From the NCBI RefSeq assembly GCF_006345805.1, contig NC_043021.1:25234001-25298000 (forward strand): DNA of 64,000 nt, written 5' to 3'. Below, piece by piece: positions 48,553 to 63,377 of the stretch (its first letter is position 1; every line of letters begins with the position of its first letter). The translations under genes were made by a program, and so were the position numbers. The stretch is from Octopus sinensis. Taxonomy: Eukaryota. Below the pieces are notes generated by a model, which had not been told where the DNA came from, made no database searches, and was given only the letters and a program-made list of their open reading frames with translations.

Positions 48553-50783
48553 CATACAATGCTATAGGCTAAGTGGTTGTGTGTACTTGGTAATCTTGTA
48601 CACGTTATTGTTACAGCAATAATTAATTATAAATATTTTACATTAAAATATAAATCCAAAACAGAAGAAAATATAATCATGAGCGAAGAAAGAAGAAAAA
48701 AAAAGACAAATAAACCTCAATTCAAAAGTAATTGCATGAATCGGTGGCGCACCAAAAGGGGTGAACAGAACTTATTGAAGCAATTAGCGCGGGCGATGGC
48801 GAGACTAAGGCGGTGGTAACAGCCAAGTGCGGCAAGTTTCCATTTATGTCACGTTTGCCTGTCTTATCCTTTCTAAAACTATCCCTAGAGTTTTAAAGAA
48901 TCTGGTCTCAGTCTGGAGAGAATCCAGTTATAAAACACCGAACGTGAAGTTCATTGAATTGTCGTGAATATTGGAAACATCTCGAGTTTCGGTTAAAGAT
49001 TTTCGCCAACGTTTGCTTTCCTTTCCTAAACAAAGGGGTTTTAAAATTAGCTATCTATCCAAATAGAATGTCTGTGTGGTGGATGTATATATGTGTGTAT
49101 CTCTATAGAAGTTTGTATCTATCCAAATAGAACGGTTGTGGTGTGTATGTCTATGTAGAGGTCCCTATCTGTCTATACAGCTGTTTACCTATGCATGCAC
49201 ACTTGCATATGTCTATCTGTCTAATCTATATAGATGTAGTATTTCTGTATATTTATAATGTGCTCAATATTAATCCATAACGTGGTGTTCCTTTCCTGAC
49301 TAAAAACTAGTGAAGACAGAAAACTAGGAAATGAAAGGCGAACATGTGTTCGGAGGGAAATAACAGCGGGAAGAAGATCAAGTCACACTGTCTCGCTGTT
49401 TTGATAAGATGTAATGGCCTTTTTATTAAATATATTTTACTCATAAACATTCAGAGGACCTCTATCATCTCCACCAAACCCATAATCGATATCTCCACCA
49501 CTGCCGTCATCGATAACTACAATCAATAAACACTATCATCGCTATCGTCAATACCAATCAGTACCACTACTATCATCGATACCAATCGATACCGTGGGAA
49601 CAATAACACCCACCAAAATCATCCCAAAACATCAATAAAATCGAAAGCGGTCAGGTCACCTCCCCAATTATCTTTACTCCATAATCATTGCTTTAAGGTT
49701 TTTTCTTTTTTCCTTAGCGTGGTTTCTCCTTCTAATATCTATCTACACACACTCACATACATACATACACATAAACACACATATATATTCACATAAATGT
49801 AAAGTAAAAGGCCCATCCTTTGTTGTTTCTTTTTTTTTATTAATATTTATATCAATTAAAGCCACAAATGAACACACGCCACATCCAGTCACACTCATAT
49901 CAACACACTTGAATAAGTGGGTGTCAGTCTATCTTTATTTTTATATCTATCGTTAACGCTTATTATCTTTTTAATATTTGAATCGCTTTGCCAAAGACTG
50001 GTGAGTTATTGTTATTTCAATTATTTTATCAAATTCATATCGTTTTATTGTCTCCATGTCCTAAATATTTACTATTTCACGCACTCGTTCTCCTCTCCCA
50101 CGCTGGAGCCAACAAGGAGGCAGTCGGGAGCCACCTCCACTTTGTAATCGTTCGACCTGGTAAAAATAACAGTCGACTAGACAAACCTCCCTTAAAATCT
50201 CAGCCTAAAACAAAGAGGATACGTTGGATAATATCGTCTTTGGCTGTCCATCTACAAAAGAGGAAAAATACTAAATGGTTGCCGATGGAATGTCTCTGAT
50301 TATAACCTGCCTCGGTAGAGCTGACCTGGGGCTAAACAACAATCTAACATCTATCATATACACGCATACATGCATGCATGCATGTATGTATGTGTGTGTG
50401 TATATATAATACTATGGTATATTCACATTAATTAAGCTGTACAGAATGCTATATAATAAATTTAATCGAAGCATTCTGACTGTGACATAACTTGTATTGT
50501 CCTTAAATATTCTGATTTTCTCTGCAATTGCTATGCTTTTTAGCATTCTATGTCGATGCCTTTTCCATCCTTTTACCAAATCTGTTCCCAATCTGCAGCT
50601 GTTGTTCTGCTGGGAACAAACAGAAAGCCGGCATTTTCGTCTTTTCTCGACAAAGTTGAATGTTTGGTTGTAAATCCATTCTATCTCATGACGGATGCCA
50701 ATTGCAAGATTAAACCAAGAAATGTTATGAAATGGCTCGTTGGAGCATTTCGAGAGCTTCAATGCAGTAATATATACACACAC

Positions 50784-50874
<91 letters not shown>

Positions 50875-50991
50875 TCAGTATTTATATAATTAGTCACACA
50901 AACAAATATATATATACACATGCATGTGTATATATGAGTGTGTATCTCATTATATATAAATATACGTACACCCACATGCACGTGCATGTGG

Positions 50992-51035
<44 letters not shown>

Positions 51036-51227
51036 GTTTGCGTGTGCATTGACTAGACAGTCTATATATTTCTGTATGTATGCGCTATTAAAACCCAAGA
51101 TTGACATATTTTGTTAAGGTGTTCGTTCACTACTCGCCATTAGAAGTTGCTTTTTGTCATCAGTCATATTTGAAGTTTTATTATAGTTTGGTAAGGTGGT
51201 GGTGGTGGTGGTGATGGTTGTTATTAT

Positions 51228-51445
51228 TGCTAAGGCGGTAGATTTGGTGCGTCGGACAAAATGCCTTGTGGTGTTTTCGTTTCGTAGCCGTTCTTTACGT
51301 TCAGAGTTCAAAACCTGCCGGGGTCGACCTCGCCTTTCATCGTTCCGGAGTCAAAATACGAACCAAAGTCCTGGTGTCGATGTAATCTGCCGACTCCTTC
51401 CCTTCAAAAATGCCTGGCCTTGTCTTTAAATTAGAAATAACATTA
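51228..51445 (+). mobile_element. Diverged tRNA-derived SINE, family of 10116-10335
   Basis: GAGTTCAAAACC..GTCGACCTCGCCTTTCATCGTTCCGGAGTC. Confidence 0.6.
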
Positions 51446-52745
51446 TGTGCTGACTTTAGCGGAAAAGAATGGATTTAGAAGCGAATCGTGCCATATCTCG
51501 ATTGTCATTGAAGAGGCAATGTGCTTATTAATAATAATAATTAATTTATAAACTCGTCTACCAAGAATTGTACTTTTCTCCAGCCAAGAAAATTAAAGAT
51601 TTATCGTAGATTTTGTATTATTTATTATTATTGTATTATTTATAATTATAACTGAAAAGAATTATGTGTGCGTGTATGTGAGAGAGAGAGTGCGTGTATG
51701 TGAACGTGTGTGTTTGTGGTATGTGTGGTGCGGTGTGTATGTTGATGTGTTAGTGTAGATGGTGGTTGTATGAATTTCGACCCTCTCAGTTGAATCTGAA
51801 ATTCTGGTGAGTAACGATCTGGTCAGCGAGATTTCCGCATTCACTCAGCCATTTTAATTATACTAATTGTGATCTGAATGTTGAATTTATTTATTTTTCA
51901 AGTTGTCATTATGAAAGTTAATCTGACAGTCGGCATTGTAGGTTCGAAACCCCAAACCCTTTCACTCATCGTCGTCGACAACCTCCCCTAAGAAAGGCAT
52001 TCATGATACTACACAGAATTATTATTTCTTTCCTCCACGTTCTGGTTAAAAATCTATCTACATTACTTGTAAACCATTTCACTTCACATTTATCGATTAT
52101 AGGAGCCAACGTGCGAGCTTCTAGTGTTTCCTGTCTCGAGTCTTCTTGCTAGAAAAATAGCAGCCAAATCGCAATTATATCAGACACACTCTGCTAACTT
52201 ATGATAAAGGATGGACACGTCGGTTAATGCAGTCCTCCAAACATTATTCAAAAATTAAACAGGATTGTCATTGTTTGAAAATGTTTAGTCATAGGTCAGC
52301 TCGATCAAGGCCGATTTCAAGCTGAACAACTACAATAACTTTGATCAATAATTGATATTTTAAACCTCTTTCATTCCGCCCTAAAATGTCTGACTTTGCC
52401 ATTTGTAAAAACTTTTCTTTTTTTTATTTAAAAAAAAAAAGAAACCCACATTTGACTTCGACTCGGTTTCCTCGGCTGTTTCAGAACAACCTTGAGTCGC
52501 TCAAATAATGAGAAAAAAGTATGAACACCACAACTTTATACTTTGTCTCTTCTATAAATAATGTTGTCAGTTTTTTATTTTTATATATTATGATTACTTC
52601 CAGCGGTCTTGGGTTCGATCCTCACAGTTTCTTGTTTTACTTTAACCCGCCCTTCTCTTAAAGACAATGTTTTATTAGAATCTTTTTCTTTATTTTCTTA
52701 TTGAGGTGTTAAATGCAATGTGAAATTTACATAAATGATTTCTTG

Positions 52746-53066
52746 CTAAGACCGTGTTAGTTCGAATTTCGAGAAAAACTGAGCTTTTGTGACGGTTATG
52801 CCTTTCATTGTGTGAAGAAAGTTATTCAGTTTGAACGAAGAGAGGAAAGCAGTTGGTAAAAGAAAAGACGAACGTGAGGAGGTAGAGAATGTTTGGTAAG
52901 AATTCTGGAGACTGTCAGAAAGAATGATGGTTAAATAGCTTCCTGTTTCGAGTTTGTGTGCACCGAGGGAGGACTGCTTGTCTTGGATATCATCTGGTTT
53001 AATGTAGCCAAGTAGATCCGGGCAGACGGAGCGGGTCTCGGTAGGGTCTTCCACTACCACACTCAT
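52746..53066 (-). other. Unassigned 106-aa ATG-initiated ORF in unique, GC-richer sequence
   Basis: Non-repetitive ORF MSVVVEDPTETRSVCPDLLGY... with a TTCTGCAG candidate acceptor just upstream. I do not recognise any domain. Confidence 0.25.
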
Positions 53067-54227
53067 ACAATCTGCAGAATCCCGTAATATTTACACTACT
53101 TATTTCAACTATGGTATACTTTCCCAACATCTATGCTATGTGTGTGTGTACAAACATACACCCGCACACAAATATATACATAAACGCACGCTCACACACA
53201 CACACACACACACACATTTTTTTGATATCGCAAAGGGATTAATTGCTGTTTGGTCAGCTGTCGATTTTTACCCAATTTCCGTTCTTCAACCGCTCCATCA
53301 TTTATCCTTTCTTTCCCTCCCCGCCTTTTCATTCTGCACCTCCACTCTATACGAGGCCATAACCACCATCTTCTTCTCTCATACAAACACTCCACTTGTC
53401 CCACACTTACCACCACCACCACCATCGAACCAGTCATTACCCACCAAGCCAACCATCCGTTCACCACCACCGTCACCACATCTCCATCGTCGCTTCTATG
53501 TTTTTTTTTAAAATTTTTACCCTTTTCCTTCCAACAATGGTATGGGAGTCCTAGGTAGAGTGACAGCTGATCCAAAACCTCTGCCATACAAAAAGAAAAA
53601 AACAAAAATGCATAAAACAATAAAAAATAAATGAAAATTGGACGGTCACGGCTGGAATGTCTACCCTCATTACATGTGACTTTAGCCTTTTTCACCTGAT
53701 TTCAAACCCAAACCTCAGCTCTGACAATCTTTTGCTTTACAGATTCCATGAGAGAACCGCTTTTATCTATTTATTTCTGATTGCCATTTTATTTATTTAC
53801 TTTTTTTCTTCCAAAATATACGAATCTCGCCTTATTTAGTAATTTTTCTCGATTCCGGCTGGTCCGACTCTGTAGTTGCTGCTCCACTTCAAATGTCACC
53901 ACCTCCTCCACCACCGCCACGACCATCGCCGCCGCCGCCATCAACACAACAATAACAAAAAAAAAAAAAACATAAGTCACCCACCCACTTTTGTTGTTGT
54001 TGTTCTGTGTTTGCCGACTCGGGTATATTTGAAATGTTGCTTATTGATACCCGTCTACGTGATCCTGTTTGCAGTGTGTACAGACCCGTAATTAAATTTG
54101 TTAATGAAAGACAATTTGGTTTGCTTGTCTGAATATATTTCATTAATTCTTACCCCTTCTCTCCCATACACACCTACATTATATATGCATGCACATATAT
54201 ATGTATACATATATACTAATTTGTGAA

Positions 54228-54267
<40 letters not shown>

Positions 54268-55754
54268 GTGTGTGTGTGTATAAGCTTACACTTTTTCAAA
54301 AACTAACAAAAAGGCAATTTCTATATTCCTGAATAATTACAAAATATTCTACAAAAATATATTTTTAAGAAATTGACTTGCATAACTAGTTTTGACACTG
54401 GCTGGGCAATTCAAATTTTAAAAAAATTGAAAAGGTACTTAGACATTTTGCTACAATCATTAATTATATCTATAATAATTAATAATATCTATTGTAATTA
54501 ATAATGCCTTTTCTGACTCTGTCAACAAAACGTATGATGAGAAATAATATTTTAAAAGAAATATCTACATTTCCATTTAGTAACTTGTATTTTAAGTATA
54601 ACCTTTTAAATTCCGAAGCAAAAACAAACCAAAAAACTTGAATTTATCACCCCAAATCTTCTTCGTAGTCGGTGTTGACTTAATTTTTGCGTGTGTCTTG
54701 AGTCCTTAACTTTCGAGTTATTTGTAACATCGCTCCGGTCGAGTTTGGGGCCCGGGTTCAGACACACAGTACCTCTCTCACGTACATACACAGTCGCCAC
54801 CTCCAACATAATTTTATTTTAACCTTGACGTTACCATTTTTCACCAATCTTTCGTGGTTATCATCTGTTAAAGTAGGTTTCAATCAAGCTGCGAACTTTG
54901 GTCGTTTTTCTGGGGTTTTTTCCCATCGATATTGAATAGCAGCTGTGTGCATGGCGGTGGCGAGTGGGTGGGAGCTAAAATATCCTTTGACCCTTTATCT
55001 TTTACTACATTCACACACATGTGCATGTGTACAAGTCATACATTCGTTCGTTTTCTCTTTTTTCTATGATGTTATGTTTTGGGCGGGAACTGATTTTAAA
55101 ACAGGATTTTACGGCCGAATACTCTTCCTCTCGCCAAACCCTACGTTTTTCAGGTTAAGGATTTTTTTAATATTCACAGGTCTTTAATGAGTACACACAC
55201 ACACACATATACATGAGTAACTGAGGAAGTCTCTACATGCACGCTCGACCTGCTAGAAATAGCTGCCAGGTCTCTCAGACCACATATTCTTACAGTCTTC
55301 GAAAAGGGATACCTTGGGTAACGTAACCCAAGGTACACAATTACTGAAAAAAAATGGATTAGTCATAGCTTAAATGTTTTTGATCAGGGACCTGCTTGAT
55401 TCGGACTGGATTTGGGTCTGAACAACACCATCCTTAGGTAGTTTCAGGATTGTATGGCTATTATGTCAAACCATCCAACCTATGCCAGCATGGAATATGG
55501 ACATTAAATAATGATGCTGATGTCTGGTTGTTTAAATCACAAGCACAATCCATGTGACAGGCTTCCACACAGTCTCCATCTACCCAACTTTCAGTCACAA
55601 GGCTTGGGTTGACCCAGGGTTTGGGTAAAAAACAATTTTCCCCAAATGCCCAGCAATTATGGTTGAACCTGGGACTCCAAGATAGTGAAGCAAACTTCTT
55701 GGTTAAGCCTGTGGGCCTATAAGGCATTTGGGGTCAGACTAATGTACGCTTCCC

Positions 55755-56226
55755 TTACAATTCATCTCGAAAGAGTCCAGAAGCTGGCTACCCGCATGGT
55801 TCTTGGTCTCAAGCATTTGTCTTATGAAGAAAGGCTGAAGACGCTTGACCTTTATTCTCTCGAAAAACGCCGCCGCTGTGGGAATCTCATTCTCGCTCAC
55901 AACATCATAAGCGGAAAGTGTAACCTCTCGAAAGAGCTGTTCTTCACTCCTGCTCCAGAGCGTCGACTGCGGGGTCACTCTGAAAAGCTCTATCTACGAC
56001 GATTTCATCTCAGTCGAAGGAGAGGGGCTTTCTCCATCCTGGTTGTGGATCCGTAGAATAAGCTGCCAGACGAGATAATGAAGATGCCAACGACCGCTCG
56101 GTTCAAAGTCTCTCTTGACTGGAAATGGCCTGAACTCTTTGTATGACCATCCTCTCTGTACATAACTCCCTGTCCCCCTACATGGCCTTGCTTTTGCTTT
56201 TTGAGCCAATAAAAATTAAATTAAAT
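55755..56226 (+). mobile_element. CR1-clade LINE 3' end
   Basis: HLERVQKLATRMV..LSYEERL..L.LYSLEKRR...LRGH..KL is the typical CR1 ORF2 C-terminus. It ends in an (AAATT)n tail. Confidence 0.85.
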
Positions 56227-56849
56227 TGTGTGAATTGTAGGAAATTTTGCTGCAATTTCTGACAGGTTGTGTTGTGATATAAAGGCTCCCTGATTGGTGG
56301 TCAGTTGAACAGTGAGATATGTGGATGCATTGAGTGGAAGGCATCTAGTGTTGGAGGCTGACCATCTTGTATTTTCTCTAGGCCAACGAAGAAGCAACTG
56401 CACTGTGGTCTGACCTTTGAGAAATAGCAGCCAAATCGCTCCAACATTTTTAAAAGGCACAAGCATGGCTAAGAAGTTTGTTTCCTAACCATGTGATTTT
56501 GGGTTCAGTTCCACTGTGCAGATGTCTTCTACTATAGCCCTGGGTCAATCAAAGCTTTGTGAATAAATTTGGCTAACAGAAACTGAAAGAAGCCCATTGT
56601 GTTGTGTGTATGTATAAAGTGTATAAATTTGTGTTTATGTCCTTTTGCCTTGATATCATGTGAGGGTTTTTCTAGCCTTAGGGAAATACTTGGAAACTAG
56701 TGAAGGTTGGTCACAGGAAGGGCATCCAGCTGTAAGATATCTGCTTCAACAAATTCCATTTTATCAATGTAACCATGGAGAAATAAATGGTCTTGTGACT
56801 ACAATAGAGTAGAGTTGAAAGTTCAATCTCTCTCCACAGCACCTTGAGA

Positions 56850-59270
56850 AAAGGTCTTCTTCTGTAGCATCATTAATGGTGTTATGAATGTGGATGTATG
56901 TGTGTGTGTGGTAAAAGAGGGGTGTCTATGTACAATGTATATGTGTGACATATTATGATGTGGTGATATGTGTGAGGTTGTGGATTTCTGATGAAATGCG
57001 GAGTGTATATGTTTGTGCTTGAGCCTGTCTTCATGTGTGTGAGTAAGGTGAGTAATTATGCCCATGTGCTTGTGTGTGTGTGTGGTATATTCAAGCAGTG
57101 CAGATGTGTAGGAGGATAGTGTATGAAATGGGTGTGTTTATGTGGTGTACGATAGCATGGTGTAATTTAAGCAGAGATACGATCCATGTTATGAGATCAG
57201 AGGCACGAACATGATTGACATTCGTCCAGGTGTATCCTAATGCATGAATTGGGGTAGGTTCATCAAAACTATGAGGTAGAGAAGGCATGGGAATTGTAAG
57301 TAAGGAATTGAAGATATGGAGTGGTTGGGGTGGGCATAGAGAAGGAGAGGTTTGAATAAGTAGCGGTGGCAAGAAGATCGAAGGAGGAGGAGGGGAGAGA
57401 TGGTGAAATTGAAGGTGAGGGTCAAAAGGATAGAATTGCTGAAGGCGAATTGAGTAATGGTAAGAGAGGTGACCCTAATACAATCATTGCCATACTTACT
57501 TTCTACTTCAGGAGTGGGACCTATAAACTGGACAGGAATATGAAACCTCAATGTAATCAACAAATAGGTTAGCATAGCTTGGGCTCTTCCTGGTTCCCAT
57601 GGCCGCCCCATTGATCTATTGGTAAAATTTACTGTCGAAAGTGGCAATTCAAAATAAGGACAAGCTCAGCAAGGTAAGGGAGATTAGAAGAGCTTAAGGG
57701 CTCCCTACATAATGTGGGATGATGGTGTGTTAGGGATTTAATATCTCAAGTGAAGAGGAGAATGAAGGAGCTTGGTGGGAAGGAGAAGAAGGATTTGGAA
57801 AGGTGAAGAATGGGATTTTCTTGAATATGAGACGGAAGAGTAGTGATTAAGGGCTGGGGAACCTTCTCAAGGTGGTGGCATAATTGCGAATTTGGCAAAG
57901 GAAATAGGTGGTGGGATGTGAGGGGTGAGAACAATATGGTTGGTGTCAGTGGGGGAAAGGACAAAGTGATGAGATTTTTTTATAGTGGTGGACAGAAGAA
58001 GTTGAGTAGGAGGTGGGGGTCTGATAGAAGGGGCTAATAGAAGAGGGGTGTGTTCTATTGGCTTAATACTTCCTCCCTGTAGAGGCCTGTTTACCATACA
58101 TCTACTTCACCACCTTTATCAGCTGATTTCATCACAATTATATTTTTGCATTGGAGTTGGTAAGTGTGATGTGCTCAGTTTGAGTAACGTTGAAGCAATG
58201 TGATTAAAAAAACGTCAAAACAGTACACTGAAAAATGGCAAAGACTGGTGACAGCACCCAGGGTTTCAAATTGACCTGGGGACCAGTATGCAGTTGGAGC
58301 ATTGATGGTGAGAGGTAGTAGAAACCACCAGAACTGCAGGCTCAGGCAATGAGTTGTGTTGGAAGGCACTCAGTGTGGTTTGTTATTGGAATTGTTTAAT
58401 ATCTTGTCAGTGCTAGGGCAAGGAGTATGGCCTGGAGGCCTCAAGAGAGAGAGGAAGGAATGGAGGTTGTATGGCAACTACAGTTCTAAGGGAGACGAGA
58501 TGGAGAGAGTGGAGCCATTGGAGGGAGGGGATTGGCAGAGTGTGTAGATGCAGAAGGATTGGGAAGAGTAGGAAGAGGTGGAGTGAATGGCATTGGAGGG
58601 AGTATAGGAGAAGGAGTAGAGTTTGAATGCCTTGGTGTGGGAGAAGAATTAAAATGTTTGGTGATCAAGTTGGTGGAGGAACGGCCAAACAAAGGTTTGG
58701 TGCAGCTCATTCGGCATTGCTCAGTTATTTGACATCCTGAATGATTTTGGAGTTTTTTATATTCTAATTGACAAGTAACTAGTAATCACAACTCAACTGT
58801 TTCATCAATAAATTCTGTTTTGACTTTCTACTTCACTTTATGTCTCTGTCCGTCCGTCCGTCTGTCTATCTCTCTCTCTCTCTCTCTCTCTAACTATATT
58901 TCTTTCTATATCTCTGTCTGTCTGTATGCCTGTTAGTGCACGTTTGCCTCCTTCATTAAAAAATTCACCAAAACAGACGCAGTGTCCTGTTAGCCAAATG
59001 ACCAGTCTCCAAACAGCCATGCCCAGTGGTCTTACTCAATGAATTGTGTTGGAGAGAAGGTGGGTGGGTTTGTAGAGTGGAGGGTGATTCACATGTGATG
59101 TCATGAGCTGTGAGTAGGGGTTGAATAACAGAGGTGAAGCAAGGGGGAACTGAAGAAGACCTTTGGGGATTGTGCTGTAGACAATGGTTAACGAAGTTGG
59201 TGTGGCTAGAATGCCAGGTCTTAGGAGACAGCTATGGCAAGGTGTAGGGGAGACAGAGTGGTAAAAGGGG
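56850..59270 (-). mobile_element. Degenerate Penelope-like element (RT relic)
   Basis: Minus-strand motifs occur in PLE order: SHTNFVNHCL (~59.2 kb), ADKGG (~58111-58123), DIKSL, FYQ*INGAAMGT..PSYANLF (~57560-57630), YGND(CI) at the YIDD position (~57480) and HP....SIPY.Q. A further possible PLE piece lies at ~60010-60260. Confidence 0.7.
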
Positions 59271-60799
59271 TTGAGAAATTGCTTAAGATAAACTTGAATT
59301 TAAATATTCTTCTGCTTGTTTCAGTCATTTGACTGTGGCCATGCTGGAGCTCTGCCTTTAAAGGGTTTTTAATCAAAGAAATCGAATCCAGGACTTCCTC
59401 TTTGTAAGCCTAGTACTTATACTATCGGTCTCTTTATTAGAACTGCTAAGTTACAGGGATGTAAACGCACCAACAAACACACACACACAATGTATATATA
59501 TATATACAACAAGTTTCTTTCAGTCTACCAAATCCACTCACAAAGCTTTGGTTGGCCTGAGGCTATAGAAGAAAACATTTGCCCAAAGTGCCATGCAGTG
59601 GGACTGAACCTAGGACCATGTGGTTGGGAAGAAAGCTTCTTGTGTATGTGTATCATTGATTATTTAATGTCCCTTTTCCTATGATAGCATGGGTTGGACA
59701 GTTTGACAGCAACTGATGAACCAAAGAGCTGTGCTGAGCCAAAAGGTTCTTCTTTGGTATGGTTTCTACAACTGGAAGCCCTTCCTAATGCCAACCATTT
59801 TGCAGAGTGTGCTGGGTTCCTTTTTTTATATGAGACCAGTTGCAGTGAAGTCACCAAGTAACATGCAGGACAGGACCCCCTCAACTGAGTGGGGAATAGT
59901 TGTGAGGGAGGTGGCTTTGTGCCAGGTGTGGAGAAGTTAGGGTATGAATAGAGGGACAGAAGTAGGGGTCTTGCAGTAGATGAGTTATATGGCTATATCA
60001 GTTGGAAAAGAGGAGAGGAGGGAGAGAAGATGGTGAAAATAAAATGTATGAGGGTGCACCCTCAAGTTACAAGCGTGGGGTGGGGGTATATCTGAAGAGG
60101 TGCGGAGGATTGGATAGGGTGAGTTAGTAATAAGAATCTTCCTAGTATGGACAACAAGAGGAAATCACTGGACTTTTATAAAAGCTGTGGTCCCAAATTC
60201 CAAAAATGTTATTGAGTAGGACTGGCTCCAAATGAAGCCCTGTGAGTAGAACTGCAGAACTCTTGTGACCATTAGAACGAAGATGGGGAGGAGGACACTG
60301 GTCTATCGTCGTCATCATTGTTTTAACTGTTTCATACTTGCAAGGGTCAGACGGAATTTACTGAGGCAGATTTTCTATGGCTGGATGCCCTTCCTGCTGC
60401 CAACACTTTGCCTATTTCCATGCAAGCTAATATTTCTTCGTAAACAGACATGTTTTGATGGAAGATTTGAAATGAAGGACACTGCTTGTATTATTGTGAC
60501 ATTTGTTTACAACTGTTATGTGATGTCAAGACATCACATGACAATAACACCCACACATGTATGTATACATATACACACACACATACACGATGCACTTATT
60601 TCAGCTTCCATCTGCCAGATCCACTCACAGGGTTTTGTTTGGCCCGAGGCTGTAGTAAAAGATGCTTGCCCAAAGTGTTGTGCAGTAGGACTGAACCTGA
60701 AACCATGTTGTTAGGAAGCAAAATTATTATTATGATAATTAGTAATCTCATAAATTCAGACAAAACATAACAGTCATCTGTAAATTGGTTTGGGATGAG

Positions 60800-61240
60800 T
60801 CTACTCTCTCTCGCTCTTAAATGTTGTGGCCTTGTGTCTGTGTCATCTCACTGGTGTCTTTTGGTCAGGAGAGACAGGCAGTTCTCTTTCACCTTATGGC
60901 AATGGCAAAAAGGATTGTATGGTGGATGAGAATGAAAGAGTTGAAGACAGAGACTTTCCTCTTTGATTAGGACCTCGTTAACTGTTTTTAAGGAAGGTGA
61001 GGGTGAAGAGAGAGATGCTACCTTTCTGTAAATTTATTGAAAGGTTGGAGAATATGATGAGAATTGCCTGAGTGAGTGGATCTGCTCTGAGTGTGTGCCT
61101 ACAGGATGGATGGAACTGATGGGAGAGAGATGCCCTCTTGTGGTACCCTTGGTAGTTGGGGGAGGGTGATTCAGGATTGTGGGGTTCTGTGGTTAACCCT
61201 GGTGGTACTCCACCCTATAAGGGAATTTTGTTATCAATTT
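60800..61240 (+). mobile_element. Possible Tx1/L1-clade 3' end relic
   Basis: MAMAKRIVWW.R..ERCYL..LL.GW resembles Tx1-type C-termini. Confidence 0.4.
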
Positions 61241-61258
61241 CTTAACTGTTATTCTTAA

Positions 61259-61317
<59 letters not shown>

Positions 61318-63113
61318 CCCCACTGTTCTTAGCCTTTGTGTTGTCCTAAATATCTATTTCCAGCCCTTGAGGCCAATAAAGAAAAGTATTATTGCGTTTG
61401 TGATTTTCCTCATCTATGCCCCTGTGGCTAATAAAAAAAAATTATTATTTGAGTTCAAATCCCGTAGAAGTCAACTTTGCCTTTCATCCTTTTGGGGTTG
61501 ATAAAATAAGTTCCAAGTTAGCACTGGGAACAATGTTATTGACTGTCCCTTTCCCCCAAACTTCGGGTCTTGTGCCCGTAATAGACAGAATCATCATCAT
61601 CATCATCATCATCACCACAGAAGCGGCGAACATGCCGGACCAGAATTAATATTTCATCGACTGAGAGATCAAACGCCTTTACAGATCGACGACTTTTGCC
61701 TTTTGTTATTCTGGTGACTGGTGGATCGTTAAAGTACCAGTCATACACTGTTTCGATATAATCGATCCATAATAATCTGCCTTCTCTTCTCCTTAAAAGA
61801 AAAAAATTGAAATTCATGGCTTTGTTCCTTTGTTAGAGAAGAATTATTCCAATTGGCAGAAACTGCATTAGATGACTTCGACATTTTTATTTACATCTCT
61901 TTTCCGTGCCAAAATCAACTTTTTTTTTGTCTTTTGCCTTCCTTTCTTCCTTCCTTCTGATGATGATAGAAAATGTACTCGTTATATACTTGAGTTAATT
62001 CGATCGCCTTTCACCACACACCTCTTGCAAACTCGTGGCCTCCTGCCAATGTTAAGGAAGAAGAAATCATTAAATATTCCAGTAGATAGGATAGATAGAT
62101 GGTTATTCAGCTGATAGGCTAGCTAAACCAGCCCAGCGTTGTTGTAAAAAGGAAGAAACCACCGACATATGGATGACACATCCAAGTCTCCTACCACCGC
62201 TTCCTCATCCCTCTCATCCTCTTCTTTCTTCTCTGCCGACCAACCCTCTTTTGTCTACATTTAAGCTTCACACAACCGTCACTCCTCCCCCTCCTACTCT
62301 CATTGTTTCCACTTCTTCCTACTCTCCTCTTTTTCTCCTCTCTCTTCCCTTTTCTCTCTTCTTCTCTACGTCTCTCTCTCTCTCTCTCTCTTACAACTAC
62401 TACTATAACTACTAATATTGTTACTACTAATACTACTATTGTTTTTTTTCTTATTGTTCGTATGTTCTTTGTTTTTTTTTTGTTTTTTTAATTCTACTAC
62501 TTCTGCTGCTGCTAATAATATGTAGATCATGTATTTTCCTCCTTCCTTTGTTACTGTGTAATAAACTCATTTTTTCTTTTTGTCTCTCTCTCTCTCTCTT
62601 TACAGAGGAAGCTTAGTCTGGGTTCGGGCAATTTGCAGAAAACATCAGCGATTACTGGGGAGGACACGGATTCATTATTACCCCTGGTTTGGTACACAGA
62701 TATTTCTGTTGCAAAGTGGCTTGAACCTATAGTAAATACATACATGCATACATAAGAAAATATACATAGATTAGGAGATAACATTTTATGCCCAGCTGAA
62801 AGCACGTGCACATAATATATATATCTTTATGCATATACACCCTCGATCATTCAATACTGTCAGATATATAACTGCAGGCTTTCTAAATGTATTACATATT
62901 AAATGACAGAGAGTTCTTTTAAACCCACCTCCACTAAACTCATTGCCTGTCGACTTCTCCACCTCCCTCTCTCTCCCTTCACGGTTTTAACATTCGTCAA
63001 ATAACCACACAATATAGACTTACAAAACAGCACTAAACACATACAAACATATATATTCATTCAGGCAGGCACACACATACAGCCATACAGTCGAATATCT
63101 AGCATTACATTAG

Positions 63114-63377
<264 letters not shown>

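Noticed and set aside
55685-56056. 123-aa ORF as a host gene
   Set aside because: It is the CR1 ORF2 C-terminus fused by chance to upstream SINE-derived sequence.
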